From: Obrimoposthia wandeli
Lineage: Eukaryota
Assembly: GCA_977020255.1 (NCBI GenBank)
Contig: CDROCS010002910.1
Coordinates: forward strand, 62,001 to 126,000
Length of the DNA: 64,000 nt
Reading direction: 5' to 3'
Under the pieces are notes generated by a model. That model was given only the letters and a program-made list of their open reading frames with translations, made no database searches and had not been told where the DNA came from. This document shows, one piece after another, positions 1 to 15,000 of this stretch; the first letter of the stretch is position 1, and each line of letters begins with the position of its first letter. The position numbers and the translations under genes are program-made.

Positions 1-1
1 C

Positions 2-3000
2 GGAGTTTTCTCTGCAAACGAAGCAACAATAGGTATTACTGTAAATGCAGTAAATGATGTGCCATTTGCAATTGCAGACACAAATTCTATTGATGAAGGA
101 ACAACTTTAAATGTATCAGAAGCAAATGGACTTTTAAACAATGATTCTGATGTAGACGGAAATATACTAACAGTAACTCAAATTACAGTTGGAGGAAATA
201 CGTATAATTCGGGTGTTACTGCGAATTTAACAGAAGGATCATTAGTTGTAAATTCTGATGGTAGTTATACGTTTACTCCAGCAGGAGATTTTAACGGAAC
301 AGTTCCTCAAATAACATACACAGTTTCAGACGGAACAACAACAGTAACAAGCACTTTAGATTTAACAGTAAATGCTATTAATGATTTTCCTATTGCAAAT
401 CCAGATACAAATTCAACAAATGAAGATGTAACTTTAACAGTTTTAGCTGCAAATGGAGTTCTTAAAAATGACACAGATGTAGATACAGGAACTACGTTAA
501 TAGTAACTTCTTTTATTGTTGATGGAATTGCAGTTACAAATACAGCGGGAAGTACAGTTACAATTCCTTCTAAAGGAATTATTAAATTAGATGTTGATGG
601 AGGTTATGTATTTACACCAGAAGCAAACTTTAATGGTATAGTTCCACAGATAACATATACAGTTTCAGACGGAACATTAACAGACACAAGCACATTAAAT
701 ATTATTGTAAATCCAGTAAATGATCCACCAGTTTTAGTTGCAGATACAGGTTCAATAAATGAAGATACAGTATTAAATGTTTTAGCAGTAGATGGACTTT
801 TAAAGAACGATTCAGATACTGATGGAAATCCATTATCAGTAACACAAATTTCAGTTGGAGGAACTACTTATACTGCAGGTGTAACAGCAAACTTAACAGA
901 AGGAATACTAGTTGTAAATTCTGATGGTAGCTATACATTTACACCAGCATCAAACTATAAAGGTGCTGTGCCACAGATAACATACACAGTTTCAGATGGA
1001 ACAACAACAGTAACAAGTACATTAGATATTACAGTTAATTCTGTAAATGATAGACCAATTGCAGTTGCAGATACAGGTTCAACAAATGAAGATACTACAT
1101 TAAATATATCAGCAGCAAATGGAGTCTTAAAAAATGATTCAGATATAGATGGAGATGTATTAACAGTTACAGCAATATCTATTGCAGGTACGCCAAGAAC
1201 AGTAGGTACAGACATCGTTTTAACACAAGGTACACTTAAATTAAATGCTGATGGTAGCTATATATTTACACCATCAGCCAACTTTAATGGCGCAGTTCCT
1301 CAAGTAACATATACAGTTTCAGATGGAAACTTAAATGCACTAAGCACTTTAGATATTACTGTTAACCCATTAAATGATGCACCAACAGTTGTTGCAGACA
1401 CAAACACAGTTTCAGAAGATACAGTATTAAATGTAACAGCAGCAAATGGAGTTTTAAGTAACGATTCAGATATTGATGGCAATCCATTAACGGTTACTAC
1501 TTTTTCTATAAACGGAACAAATTATAATCCAGGAGATACAGCAAATTTAACAGAAGGTACTATTAAAATTAATGCTGATGGTAGTTATATCTTCACGCCA
1601 GCATCAAACTTTAATGGCGCTATTCCTCAAATAACATATACAACTTCAGACGGAACAAATACGTCTAATTCAACATTAGACCTTTCTGTAAGTCCAGTAA
1701 ATGATACACCAACTTTAGTTGCAGATACAGGTTCAATAAATGAAGATACAGTTTTAAATGTAATAGCAGCAAATGGTGTTTTAAGTAACGATTCTGATAT
1801 TGAAAACAATACTTTAACGGTAACTCAATTTACTGTTAGTGGAATAAATTATCCAGCAGGAAACACAGCAACAATTACAGAAGGAACATTAAAATTAAAT
1901 GCAGATGGTAGCTATATATTTACACCAGCATTAAACTTTAATGGTGCAGTTCCTCAAATAACATATACAGTTTCAGATGCAACAAATACAGCAACATCAA
2001 CTTTAGATATTACTGTAAATCCTATTAATGATGCACCAGTTGCAAATCCTGATACAAATGCAGTAGATGAAGATACTACGTTAAATGTATCAGCAGCAAA
2101 TGGATTAATCAAAAATGATACAGACCCAGAAAATAATACATTAACTGTAACTCAATTTACAGTTAACGGAACAGTTTATACTGCAGGAACTACAGCAACA
2201 TTAACAGAAGGAACTATTAAAATTAATGCAGATGGTAGTTATGACTTTATTCCAGTATTAAATTATAAAGGAGTAGTTCCTGTTATTAGTTATACAATTT
2301 CAGATGGAACAAATACAACAAGTAGTTCATTAAGTTTATCTGTAAATACAATTAATGATGCACCAGTTGCAGTTGATGATACAAATTCGATAAATGAAGA
2401 TACAGTTCTAACAGTTGCAGCAGCAAATGGAGTTCTTAAAAATGATTCAGATGTAGATGGAGATGTAATTAATGTATCAGGTTTTGCTGTAGGAGGAACA
2501 TCCTATTTAGCAGGCGAAACAGCTACTTTAGCAGCAGGAACATTACAAATTAATGCTGATGGTGGCTACGTATTTACACCAGCAACAAACTTTAACGGAG
2601 CTGTACCACAAGCAACATATACAATTACAGATGGTATTTTAACAAAAACGGCTAATTTAGATATTAGTGTAAATCCAATTAACGATTCGCCAGTTGCAGT
2701 TGCAGATACAGGTACAATAAATGAAGATGTTGTATTAAATGTTACAGCAGCAAATGGATTGTTAAATAACGATTCTGACCCAGAAAATAGCGCATTATCA
2801 GTAACTCAATTTACAATTAACGGAACAGTTTATGTTGCAGGAACAACAGCAACATTAGCATCAGGAACTCTTAAAGTAAATGCAGATGGAAGTTACGATT
2901 TTACACCAGCAGCAAACTTTAATGGAGCAGTACCTCAAGTAAGTTATACAATTTCTGATGGAACAAATACAGCGAACAGTACATTAAATATTACTGTGAA

Positions 3001-6000
3001 TTCTGTAAATGATGCACCAATATTAGTTGCAGATACAAATACAACAAATGAAGACATCACTTTAACAGTTACAGCAGCAAATGGAGTTTTAAAGAATGAT
3101 TCTGACATAGAAAACGACGGATTAACAATAACTAAATTTACGATTGCAGGTACAGATTATCCAGTAAACACAACTGCAAATATTGCAGAAGGAACTTTAC
3201 AAATAAATACAAATGGAGATTATGTATTTACGCCAGCAACAAACTTTAATGGAGCGTATCCACAAGTTACTTATACTGCAACAGATGGTACAGATACATC
3301 AACAAGCACATTAGATATTACAGTAAATTCGGTAAATGATACACCAACATTAGTTGTAGATACAAATACAGTTGCAGAAGATGCAGTTTTAAATGTAACT
3401 GCTGTAAATGGAGTTTTAAATAACGATTCAGATTTAGATGGAGATACAATTATCGTTTCTCAATTTACAGTTGGTGGAACTACAGTAACAGTAGACCCAA
3501 CAAATGGTGGAGCAAGAATAATTCCAAATATTGGAACGATTAAAATGAATGCAGATGGAAGTTACGATTTTACACCAGTTGCTAATTTTAACGGAACAGT
3601 TCCAACAATTACATACACAGCAACAGATGGAACAAATACAGCAAATAGCACTTTAATTCTTTCAGTAACTGCAGTAAATGATAATCCTGTTGCAACAAAT
3701 GATACTTCAGCAACGGACCCTAATGTGGCAGTAAATATTCCTTTGTTAACAAATGATAATGATTTAGATGGAGACACTTTATCAATAAGTGCAATAACTG
3801 TTGCGCCAACAAAAGGTACAGCTGTAATTTTTGATAATGGTACACCAGGAGATACATCAGATGATGTTGTTACGTATACACCTCAAGCAGGTTTTAATAA
3901 CGGAACAGATACATTTACATATCAAATTTCTGATGGAAATGGAGGTTTTGATACAGCAGTTGTAACAATTGCTGTTCCTCAATCAGCATTTTCTCCAATA
4001 GCTAATCCAGATACAAACTCAACAAATGAAGAAGTAACTTTAACAGTTGCAGATGGAGATGCAAAAAGTTTAATTAAAAATGATACTGATGCAAATTTAG
4101 ATGCACTTACTGTTACAACTTTTGTAGTAGAAGGGACAACTTATAATGCAGGTCAAGAAGCAACTTTTGCAGACGGTTCTAAATTAACAATAAACGCAGG
4201 AGGTGGTTATGTATTTATTCCAGTAGAAAATTTTAATGGTTCTGTACCTCAAGTAAATTATACAATTACTGATGGACAAGGAACACCAAATGCAAGTAGT
4301 ACTTTAAACATAACTGTTAATCCAATAAATGATGCTCCAGTTGCAAACCCAGATACAAATACTATAGCAGAGGATACAACATTAACAGTAAATACAGCTA
4401 ATGGTTTATTAGACAATGATTCAGATATTGATGGAGATGCATTATCAGTAAAAGAATTTGAAATCGGAGGAACAACCTATCCAGCAGGAACAACAGCTAA
4501 TTTAACAGAAGGTTCTTTAACTATTAATGCAGATGGAAGTTACACTTTTACACCAGCAGCAGATTTTAACGGTTCTGTGCCACAAGTTACATATACTGCT
4601 AAGGATGGTACTGAAGATGTTACAAGTACATTAGATATTAGTGTTACTTCAGTAAATGATGCACCAGTTGCAGTAAATGATGCAGGAAATACAACTCTAG
4701 AAGATGCACCAATTACAATAAATGCAATTGGCGCAAATGATACAGATGATGGAAATGTAGTTACTTCATCAATTGTATTAATCGATCCAAATAATCCATC
4801 AAATAAAGCTATAGCAGGTAACACTTTAACGATACCAAATGTTGGTCAATATGTAGTTGATGGAACCACAGGAAATGTAACATTTACACCAGTAGCAAAT
4901 TATAATGGTTCTGCAGACATCAAGTATACAATTCAAGATAATGATGGTTTAGTTTCTGAAAATCAAGGAACAATAGAAATTACAGTTACTTCAGTAAATG
5001 ATGCACCAGTTGTTGCTTCAGAAACAAATAGTATAGATGAAGATACTCCATTAACAGTAACAGCAGCAAATGGATTATTAAATAATGATACTGATGCAGA
5101 TGGAGACCCTTTAACAATTTCAACATTTGTAATTAACGGAACAACTTATAACGCAGGAGATACAGCTAGTTTAACTGAAGGAACATTAGTTATTAATTCT
5201 GATGGAAGTTATGTATTTACTCCAACTTCAGACTTTAATGGTACTGTGCCACAAGTAACTTATAATGTTACAGACGGAACAGCAACAACTACAGGAACTT
5301 TAGACCTTACTGTAAATTCAATTAATGATGCACCAGTTGCTGTTAATGATTTAGGAAATAATACTCTAGAAGACACCCTAATTACAGTAAATGCAATTGG
5401 CGCAAATGATACAGATGATGGAAATGTAGTTCTTTCATCAATTATATTAATTGATCCAAATAATCCATCTAATACAGCAACAGTAGGTAACACTTTAACG
5501 ATACCAAATGTTGGACAATATGTAGTTGATGGAACTACAGGAAATGTAACATTTACACCAGATTCAAATTATAATGGACCAGCAAGTGTAAATTATACAA
5601 TAGAAGATAATAATGGATTAGTTTCTGCAAATCAAGGAACCATAGGTATTACAGTAACTGCAGTAAATGATGCGCCAGTAGCACAAGCAGATACCAACAC
5701 ATTATTAGAAGATACACCATTAGTTGTAAGTGCAGCCAATGGATTATTGAATAATGATACAGATACAGAGAACAATCCATTAACAGTAACACAGTTTACA
5801 GTTGGCGGAACAACATATCCAGCAGGAACAACAGTAACATTAACAGAAGGAACTTTAATAATAAATACAGATGGTAGTTATACATTTACACCAGCTACTG
5901 ATTATAATGGCCCAATTCCACAGATAACATATACTGTAAGTGATGGAACGAATACTGCAAATTCAAAATTAGATTTAAGTGTTACAGCAGTAAATGATGC

Positions 6001-9000
6001 ACCAGTTGCTGTTAATGATTTAGGGAATAATACTCTAGAAGACACACCAATTACGGTAAATGCAATTGGCGCAAATGATACAGATGATGGAAATGTAGTT
6101 CTTTCATCAATTATATTAATTGATCCAAATAATGCAGCAAATACAGCAACAGCAGGTAACACTTTAACGATACCAAATGTTGGTCAATATGTAGTTGATA
6201 CAACTACAGGAAATGTAACATTTACACCAGAAGCAAACTATAATGGATCAGCAAGTGTAAATTATACAATAGAAGATAATGATGGATTAGTTTCTGCAAA
6301 TCAAGGAACAATAGGCATTACAGTAACTGCAGTAAATGATGCACCAGTAGCCCAAGCAGATACAAACACATTATTAGAAGATACACCATTAGTTGTAAGT
6401 TCAGTAAATGGATTATTAAGTAATGATACAGATACAGAGAACAACCCATTAACAATAACACAGTTTACAGTAGGAGGCACAAGTTATCCTGCAGGAACAA
6501 CAGTAACGTTAACAGAAGGAACATTAAAAATCAATTCAGATGGTAGTTACACATTTACACCAGCTACTGATTATAATGGCCCAATTCCACAGATAACCTA
6601 TACAGTAAGTGATGGAACAAACACATCAAACTCAACATTAGATTTAAGTGTTACAGCAGTAAATGATGCACCAATAGTAGTTGCAGATACGAACACAATA
6701 GCAGAAGATACACCATTAACAGTATCATCAGCAAATGGTATTTTGAATAATGATTCAGATCCAGAGAATGATAGTTTAACATTAACAGGTTTACTGATAA
6801 ATGGAAATCCTGCAACGGTAGGCGCACCAATCTTATTAACAGAAGGAACACTTCAAATTAATAATGATGGAAGCTATACGTTTACACCAGCATCAAACTT
6901 TAATGGGAATGTTCCACAAGTTACGTATACAGTAAGTGATGGTACAGATACTGCAACAAGTACTCTAGATATTGCAGTAATTGCAGTAAATGATGCACCA
7001 GTAGCACAAGTAGATACGAATACATTATTAGAAGATACACCATTAGTTGTAAGTGCTGCCAATGGATTATTGAATAATGACACAGATACAGAGAACAATC
7101 CATTAACAGTAACACAGTTTACAGTAGGAGGAACAAGTTATCCTGCAGGAACAACAGTAACGTTAACAGAAGGGACATTAAAAATTAATTCAGATGGTAG
7201 TTATACATTTACACCAGCTACTGATTATAATGGTCCAATTCCACAGATAACGTATACAGTAAGTGATGGAACAAACACATCAAACTCAACATTAGATTTA
7301 AGTGTTACAGCAGTAAATGATGCACCAGTTGTAGTTAATGATTTAGGGAATAATACTCTAGAAGACACGCCAATTACAGTAAATGAAATTGGAGCAAATG
7401 ATACAGATGATGGAACCCTAAATATTTCAACAATTGTATTAATTGATTCAAATAATCCATCAAATACAGCAACAGCAGGTAATACTTTAACGATACCAAA
7501 TGTTGGACAATATGTAGTTGATGGAACTACAGGAAATGTAACATTTACACCAGATTCAAATTATAATGGCCCAGCAAGTGTAAATTATACAATAGAAGAT
7601 AATAATGGATTAGTTTCTGCAAATCAAGGAACCATAGGTATTACAGTAACTGCAGTAAATGATGCGCCAGTAGCACAAGCAGATACCAACACATTATTAG
7701 AAGATACACCATTAGTTGTAAGTGCTGCCAATGGATTATTGAATAATGATACAGATACAGAGAACAATCTATTAACAGTAACACAGTTTACAGTAGGAGG
7801 TACAAGTTATCCTGCAGGAACAACAGTAACGTTAACAGAAGGAACTTTACAAATTAATTCAGATGGTAGTTATACATTTACACCAACTACTGATTATAAT
7901 GGCCCAATTCCACAGATAACGTATACAGTAAGTGATGGAACAAACACATCAAACTCAACATTAGATTTAAGTGTTACAGCAGTAAATGATGCACCAGTTG
8001 TAGTTAATGATTTAGGGAATAATACTCTAGAAGACACCCCAATTACAGTAAATGCAATTGGAGCAAATGATACAGATGATGGAACCCTAAATATTTCAAC
8101 AATTGTATTAATTGATCCAAATAATCCATCAAATACAGCAACAGCAGGTAATACTTTAACGATACCAAATGTTGGACAATATGTAGTTGATGGAACTACA
8201 GGAAATGTAACATTTACACCAGATTCAAATTATAATGGCCCAGCAAGTGTAAATTATACAATAGAAGACAATGATGGATTAGTTTCTGCAAATCAAGGAA
8301 CCATAGGCATTACAGTAACTGCAGTAAATGATGCGCCAGTAGCACAAGCAGATACCAACACATTATTAGAAGATACACCATTAGTTGTAAGTGCAGCCAA
8401 TGGATTATTGAATAATGATACAGATACAGAGAACAATCCATTAACAGTAACACAGTTTACAGTAGGAGGTACAAGTTATCCTGCAGGAACAACAGTAACG
8501 TTAACAGAAGGAACTTTACAAATTAATTCAGATGGTAGTTATACATTTACACCAGCTACTGATTATAATGGCCCAATTCCACAGATAACCTATATAGTAA
8601 GTGATGGAACGAATACATCAAATTCAACATTAGATTTAAGTGTTACAGCAGTAAATGATGCACCAGTTGTAGTAGCAGATACAAATACTATTGCAGAAGA
8701 TACGCCATTAACAGTATCATCAGCAAATGGTATTTTGAATAACGATTCAGATCCAGAGAATGATAGCTTAACAGTAACTGGTTTACAGATAAATGGAAAT
8801 CCTGCAACAGTAGGAACACCAATCGTATTAACAGAAGGAACTCTTCAAATTAATAATGATGGAAGCTATACGTTTACACCTGCAGATAATTTTAATGGAA
8901 ATGTACCACAAGTTACTTATACTGTAAGCGATGGTACAGATACTGCAACAAGTACTTTAGATATTGCAGTAACACCAGTAAACGATTCACCAATTTCAAA

Positions 9001-12000
9001 TCCAGATATAGGTGTTGTAGATGAAGATGTTACTTTAACTGTAGATGCAGCAAACGGAATATTAGCAAACGATGTTGACCCAGATGGAGACCCAATAACA
9101 TTAAGTGAGTTTACTGTTGGAGGTGTAACATATCCTGCGGGAACAACAGTAACATTACCAGAAGGTAATATTACAATAAATGCTGATGGTAGTTATGTAT
9201 TTGTACCTGCACCTAATTTTTCAGGAACATTACCAACGGTTTATACTGCTACAGATAACTCAAATATTTCTAATAGCACATTAACAATTACTGTTAATCC
9301 AGTAAATGATGTGCCAGTAGCAAAAGATGATCTTTCATCAACAGATCCAGATGTTCCTGTAACAATAACTGTTCTGCCAAATGATTCAGATGTAGATGGA
9401 GATTCGCTTACAGTAAGTGCAATAAGTACACAACCTACAAATGGTACTGTGGCTATAAATTCAGATGGAACAATTACATATACTCCTAATCCAGGATTTA
9501 ATAATGGATCAGATACATTTGAATATCAAGTTTGTGATGGAAACGGATTATGTGATACTGCAAAAGTAACAGTAAGTGTACCTAAATCATTATTTCCACC
9601 TTCAGCAAATGAAGACACGGCAATTGCTTCAGAAGATTTAACTTTAACGGTTGATGCAACAAACGGATTATTAAGTAATGATACAGATCCTAATGCAGGA
9701 GATACTTTAACATTAATAAGCTTCCAAGTTAATGGAACAAGTTACAGCCCTGGAGATACAGTTAATCTTACTGAAGGAATGTTAACTATTAATGTGGATG
9801 GTAGTTATGTATTTATTCCAGCCGCTAATTATAACGGTTCTGTACCAGTTGTTAATTATACTGTTTCAGATGGATTAGCAACTGACTCAAGTACTTTAAC
9901 AATAGCAGTTACTTCTGTTAATGATGTACCTGTTGCAAATCCGGATACAAATGTAACTTTAGAAGATACTCCACTAAACGTTAATGCAACAACTGGTTTA
10001 TTGGTAAACGATTCAGATGCAGACGGAACAACTTTAGCACTAACACAATTTGAAATTAATGGAACGATTTATTCAGCTGGTCAAACAGCAGTATTAACAG
10101 AAGGAACATTAACTATTAATGGTGATGGTAGTTACGTATTCAATCCAGCACAAGATTATTTAGGAACTGTTCCACAAGCTACATATACTGTTTTTGATGG
10201 TATTGTAAGTGCTACAAGTACATTAGATATTTCTGTAACTGGCGTAAATGATACACCTGTGGTAGTAAGTGATTCAGGAAATACAACTCCAGAAGACACA
10301 CCAGTTACAATAGCAACAATTACTGCAAATGATACAGATGATGGTACTATAGATCCATCAACAATTACATTAATAGATCCAAACAACCCATCAAATACAG
10401 GTAATTCTACAACTCCATTAGTAATTCCTGGAGTTGGTACTTATACAGTTGATACAGCAGGAAATGTAATTTTTACACCAGAGCTAAACTTTAATGGACC
10501 TGCAAATGTAAATTATACAGTAAAAGATGATAGCGGATTAACCTCAAATGTTGGTACAATAGGTATTTCTGTTACACCAGTAAATGATACACCAACCGCA
10601 GTTTCAGATATAAGTACAATACAAGAAGACACACCATTAGCAGTAACAGCTGCAAACGGATTATTAGCAAACGATTCAGATGTAGAAGGAACACCATTAA
10701 CGGTAACACAGTTTACTATTAACGGAACAAACTATCCTGCAGGAACAACAGTTACATTAACAGAAGGTGTATTAGAGATAAATGCAGACGGTAGTTATAT
10801 ATTTAACCCAGCACCAAATTATAATGGAGCAGTTCCACAAGTAACTTATACGGTAAGTGATGGAGTAAATATTACAACAAGTACATTAGATATTTCTGTA
10901 ACAGTAGTAAATGATACACCTATAGTAGTAAATGATTTAGTAAGTGTTTTAGAAGATACACCAGTAACTATTCCTACTATAACAGCAAATGATACAGATG
11001 ATGGTTCTATAGATGTATCAACCATAACATTAATTGATCCAAATAATCCATCAAATATGGGTAATTCTACAACTCCATTAGTAATTCCTGGAGTTGGAAC
11101 CTATACAGTAGATACATCAGGAAATGTAATTTTTACACCAGAACAAAACTTTAATGGACCTGCAAATGTAAATTATACAGTAAAAGATAATGACGGAGTT
11201 ACCTCAAATGTTGGTACAGTTGGTATCTCAGTTACACCAGTAAATGATGTTCCAAATGCAGTTGCAGATACAAACACTTTACAAGAAGACACACCATTAG
11301 CAGTAACTGCTGCAGACGGATTATTAACAAACGATTCAGACGTAGAAGGAACTCCATTAACAGTAACACAATTTACCATTAACGGAACAAACTATCCTGC
11401 AGGAACGACAGTTACATTAACAGAAGGTGTATTAGAGATAAATGCAGACGGTAGTTATATATTTAACCCAGCACCAAATTATAATGGAGCAGTTCCACAA
11501 GTAACTTATACGGTAAGTGATGGAGTAAATATTACAACAAGTACATTAGATATTTCTGTAACTGGCATAAATGATACACCTGTGGTAGTAAGTGATTCAG
11601 GAAATACAACTCCAGAAGACACACCAGTTACAATAGCAACAATTACTGCAAATGATACGGATGATGGTTCTATAGACCCATTAACAATTACATTAATAGA
11701 TCCAAACAACCCATCAAATACAGGTAATTCAACAACACCATTAGTAATTCCTGGAGTTGGTACTTATACAGTTGATACATCAGGAAATGTAATTTTTACA
11801 CCAGAACCAAACTTTAATGGACCTGCAAATGTAAATTATACAGTAAAAGATAATGACGGAGTTACCTCAAATGTTGGTACAGTTGGTATCTCAGTTACAC
11901 CAGTAAATGATGTTCCAGATGCAGTTGCAGATACAAACACTTTACAAGAAGACACACCATTAGTAGTAAGTGCTGCAAACGGATTATTAGCAAACGATTC

Positions 12001-15000
12001 AGATGTAGAAGGAACTCCATTAACGGTAACACAGTTTACAATTAATGGAACAAATTACCCTGCAGGAACAACGGCTTCTTTACCAGAAGGAATCTTAACA
12101 ATAAATGCAGATGGTAGTTATACTTTTAATCCAGCACAGGATTATTTAGGAACAGTTCCACAAGTAACTTACACCGTTTCTGATGGAGTAAATACTTCTA
12201 CAAGTACATTAGATATTTCTGTAACAGGCGTAAATGATACACCAGTAGCAGTAAGTGATTTTGCAAGTACTTTAGAAGATACACCAGTAACTATTCCTAC
12301 AATTACTGCAAACGATACAGATGATGGTTCTATTGATGCATCAACAATTGTATTGGTAGATCCAAACAATCCATCAAATACCGGTAATTCAACAACACCA
12401 TTAGTAATTCCTGGAGTTGGAACGTATACAGTAGATACATTAGGAAATGTAATTTTTACACCAGAACCAAACTTTAATGGACCTGCAAATGTAAATTATA
12501 CAGTAAAAGATAATGACGGAGTAACCTCAAATGTTGGTACAGTTGGTATTTCAATTACTCCAGTAAATGACGCGCCAAATGCGGTTGCAGATTTAAGTAC
12601 AGTTCAAGAAGATACACCATTAACAGTAACTGCTGCAAATGGATTATTAGCAAATGATTCAGATGTAGAAGGAACTCCATTAACAGTATTAGAGTTTACA
12701 ATTAACGGAATAGATTATCCTGCAGGTACAACAGTAACGTTACCAGAAGGAACCTTGAAAATTAATGCAGATGGTAGTTATATATTTAATCCAGCACAAG
12801 ATTACGCAGGTGCAGTTCCTCAAGTTACTTATACAGTTTCTGATGGAAAAGATAATGCTACAGCAACATTAGATATTACGGTAACAGGTCAAAATGATGT
12901 GCCAGTTGCAGTAAATGATACAGCAACAACAGTTCAAAATACACCTACAACTGTAGCTACAATTACTGCAAATGATACAGATGCAGATGGAACAGTAGAT
13001 GCATCAACAATTACATTGTTTGATCCAAACAATGCATCAAACACAGGTAATTCTACAACACCGTTAGTAATTCCAAATGTTGGAACATATACTATAGATG
13101 CAGCAGGAAATGTAACTTTTACACCTGTCCCAGAATTTACAGGAGTAGCAAATGTAAATTATACAGTAAATGATAATACAGGAACAACTTCTAATCAAGG
13201 AACAATTTCTATAACAGTTCAGTCAGATAATGATGGAGATGGAATTATAGATACTCTAGATTTAGATGATGATAATGATGGAATTCCAGATACAGTAGAA
13301 AATGGAGGAACAGATCCATTAGCAGATTCAGATGGAGATGGAATTCCAGATTATAGAGACCCAGACAATATTTCTGTTGATGCAAATAATGATGGAATAG
13401 ACGATAAATTCGATCAAGATGGAGATGGAATCATAGACCAATTTGATGTAGATAGAGATGGAGATGGTATTCCAGATTTAGTAGAATCTGGTGTAACAGA
13501 TGCAAATGGAGATGGACAAATAGATGGTTTTACTGATGCAAATAATGATGGTTTAGATGATGCAACTGCAACAACTCCTTTAGTAACAATAGATACTGAT
13601 GGAGATGGAGTACCAAATTATCAAGATATAGATTCAGATAATGATGGAATTATAGATAATATAGAAGTGCAAAACCCAGCAAACTATATTGCTCCTTCAG
13701 GAACAGATACAGACCAAGATGGTATAGATGATGCGTATGATGCAGATTGTACACCTTGTGGTTCAGTAACAGGAACTCCTTTAAACAACCCAATGAATTC
13801 AGATTTAGATGCTATACCTAATTATTTAGATTTAGATTCAGATAATGACGGAATCGTAGATAATATAGAATGGCAATCAACTTCAGGTTATATAGCTCCT
13901 GGGCCAGATACAGATGGTAATGGTTTAGCAGATGTGTATGAAACAAATCCAGGTTCTGGAACACCAATTAGTTTACCATTAAACACCGATGGTACAGACG
14001 TTCCAGATTACGTAGATACAGATTCAGATGGAGATGGAGTTTTAGATACAGTTGAAGCGTATGATACTAATGGAGACAATGTTGCAGAAATAGTTGCTTC
14101 TGGAAACGATACAGATAATGATGGTATAGATGATAATTTCGATTTAAATTCGAATGGACCAACAGATACAAATGCAGCATCTAATAACAATCAAGATGTA
14201 ACAAACTTTCCTAACGACCAAGATCCAGGTACAGCAGAAGTAGATTTTAGAGATGATCATACTTTTGGAATATTAGTAGATACAGATGGAGATGGTATTA
14301 CAGATGATATAGATATTGATGATGACAATGACGGAATTATAGATGTTGTAGAATCTTTAGGATTCGAACCATCAGGAACTGTAAATGACCCAAGTTGTAT
14401 TTTACCAAATGTAAGTTTCAAGAATCCAGTTTATGTTACTGGAACTGGAGTTGCAGGTTCAGGTTCAATCGGAGCAAAATATCGTTTTGACAATGTAGTA
14501 GATGTTACAGGTTTTGGAGGAACAGGTGGAGTTTTAGATGCAATTATAGAAATCACAGACATACAAGGTGGTGCTTCTTTAATCTCTATTGATAATTCTA
14601 CAACTGGTAACCCAGATGCATGGCAGCCAGAATATACAGTACCAACGCCAACAGGTAATAAAGCAGAAATGGCGTTTAAAGTTATTTTAGTAAACGACGG
14701 TACAACTACACTATATAACATCAGTAGATTTAGTGGAGTTATTTATGACATAGATGGCGCAAATGCAAGAGAATCTGTTATCTTATCTAGACCAGGTTTA
14801 TATGCAGTAGATAGTCAAACATTATTAAATGTAACAGACAATCCTGCAACAGGTTTAGTAACCTTCCAAGGTCCAGATGACACATATTCAGGAGTAGATT
14901 TATCACCAAAATTAGCAACATTCTTTGGGTATTATAATTCAGCTTCCTTTAATATTCGTTTCTCTGCAGAATTATTATCTGCAAGTTCAAATACAAATTT

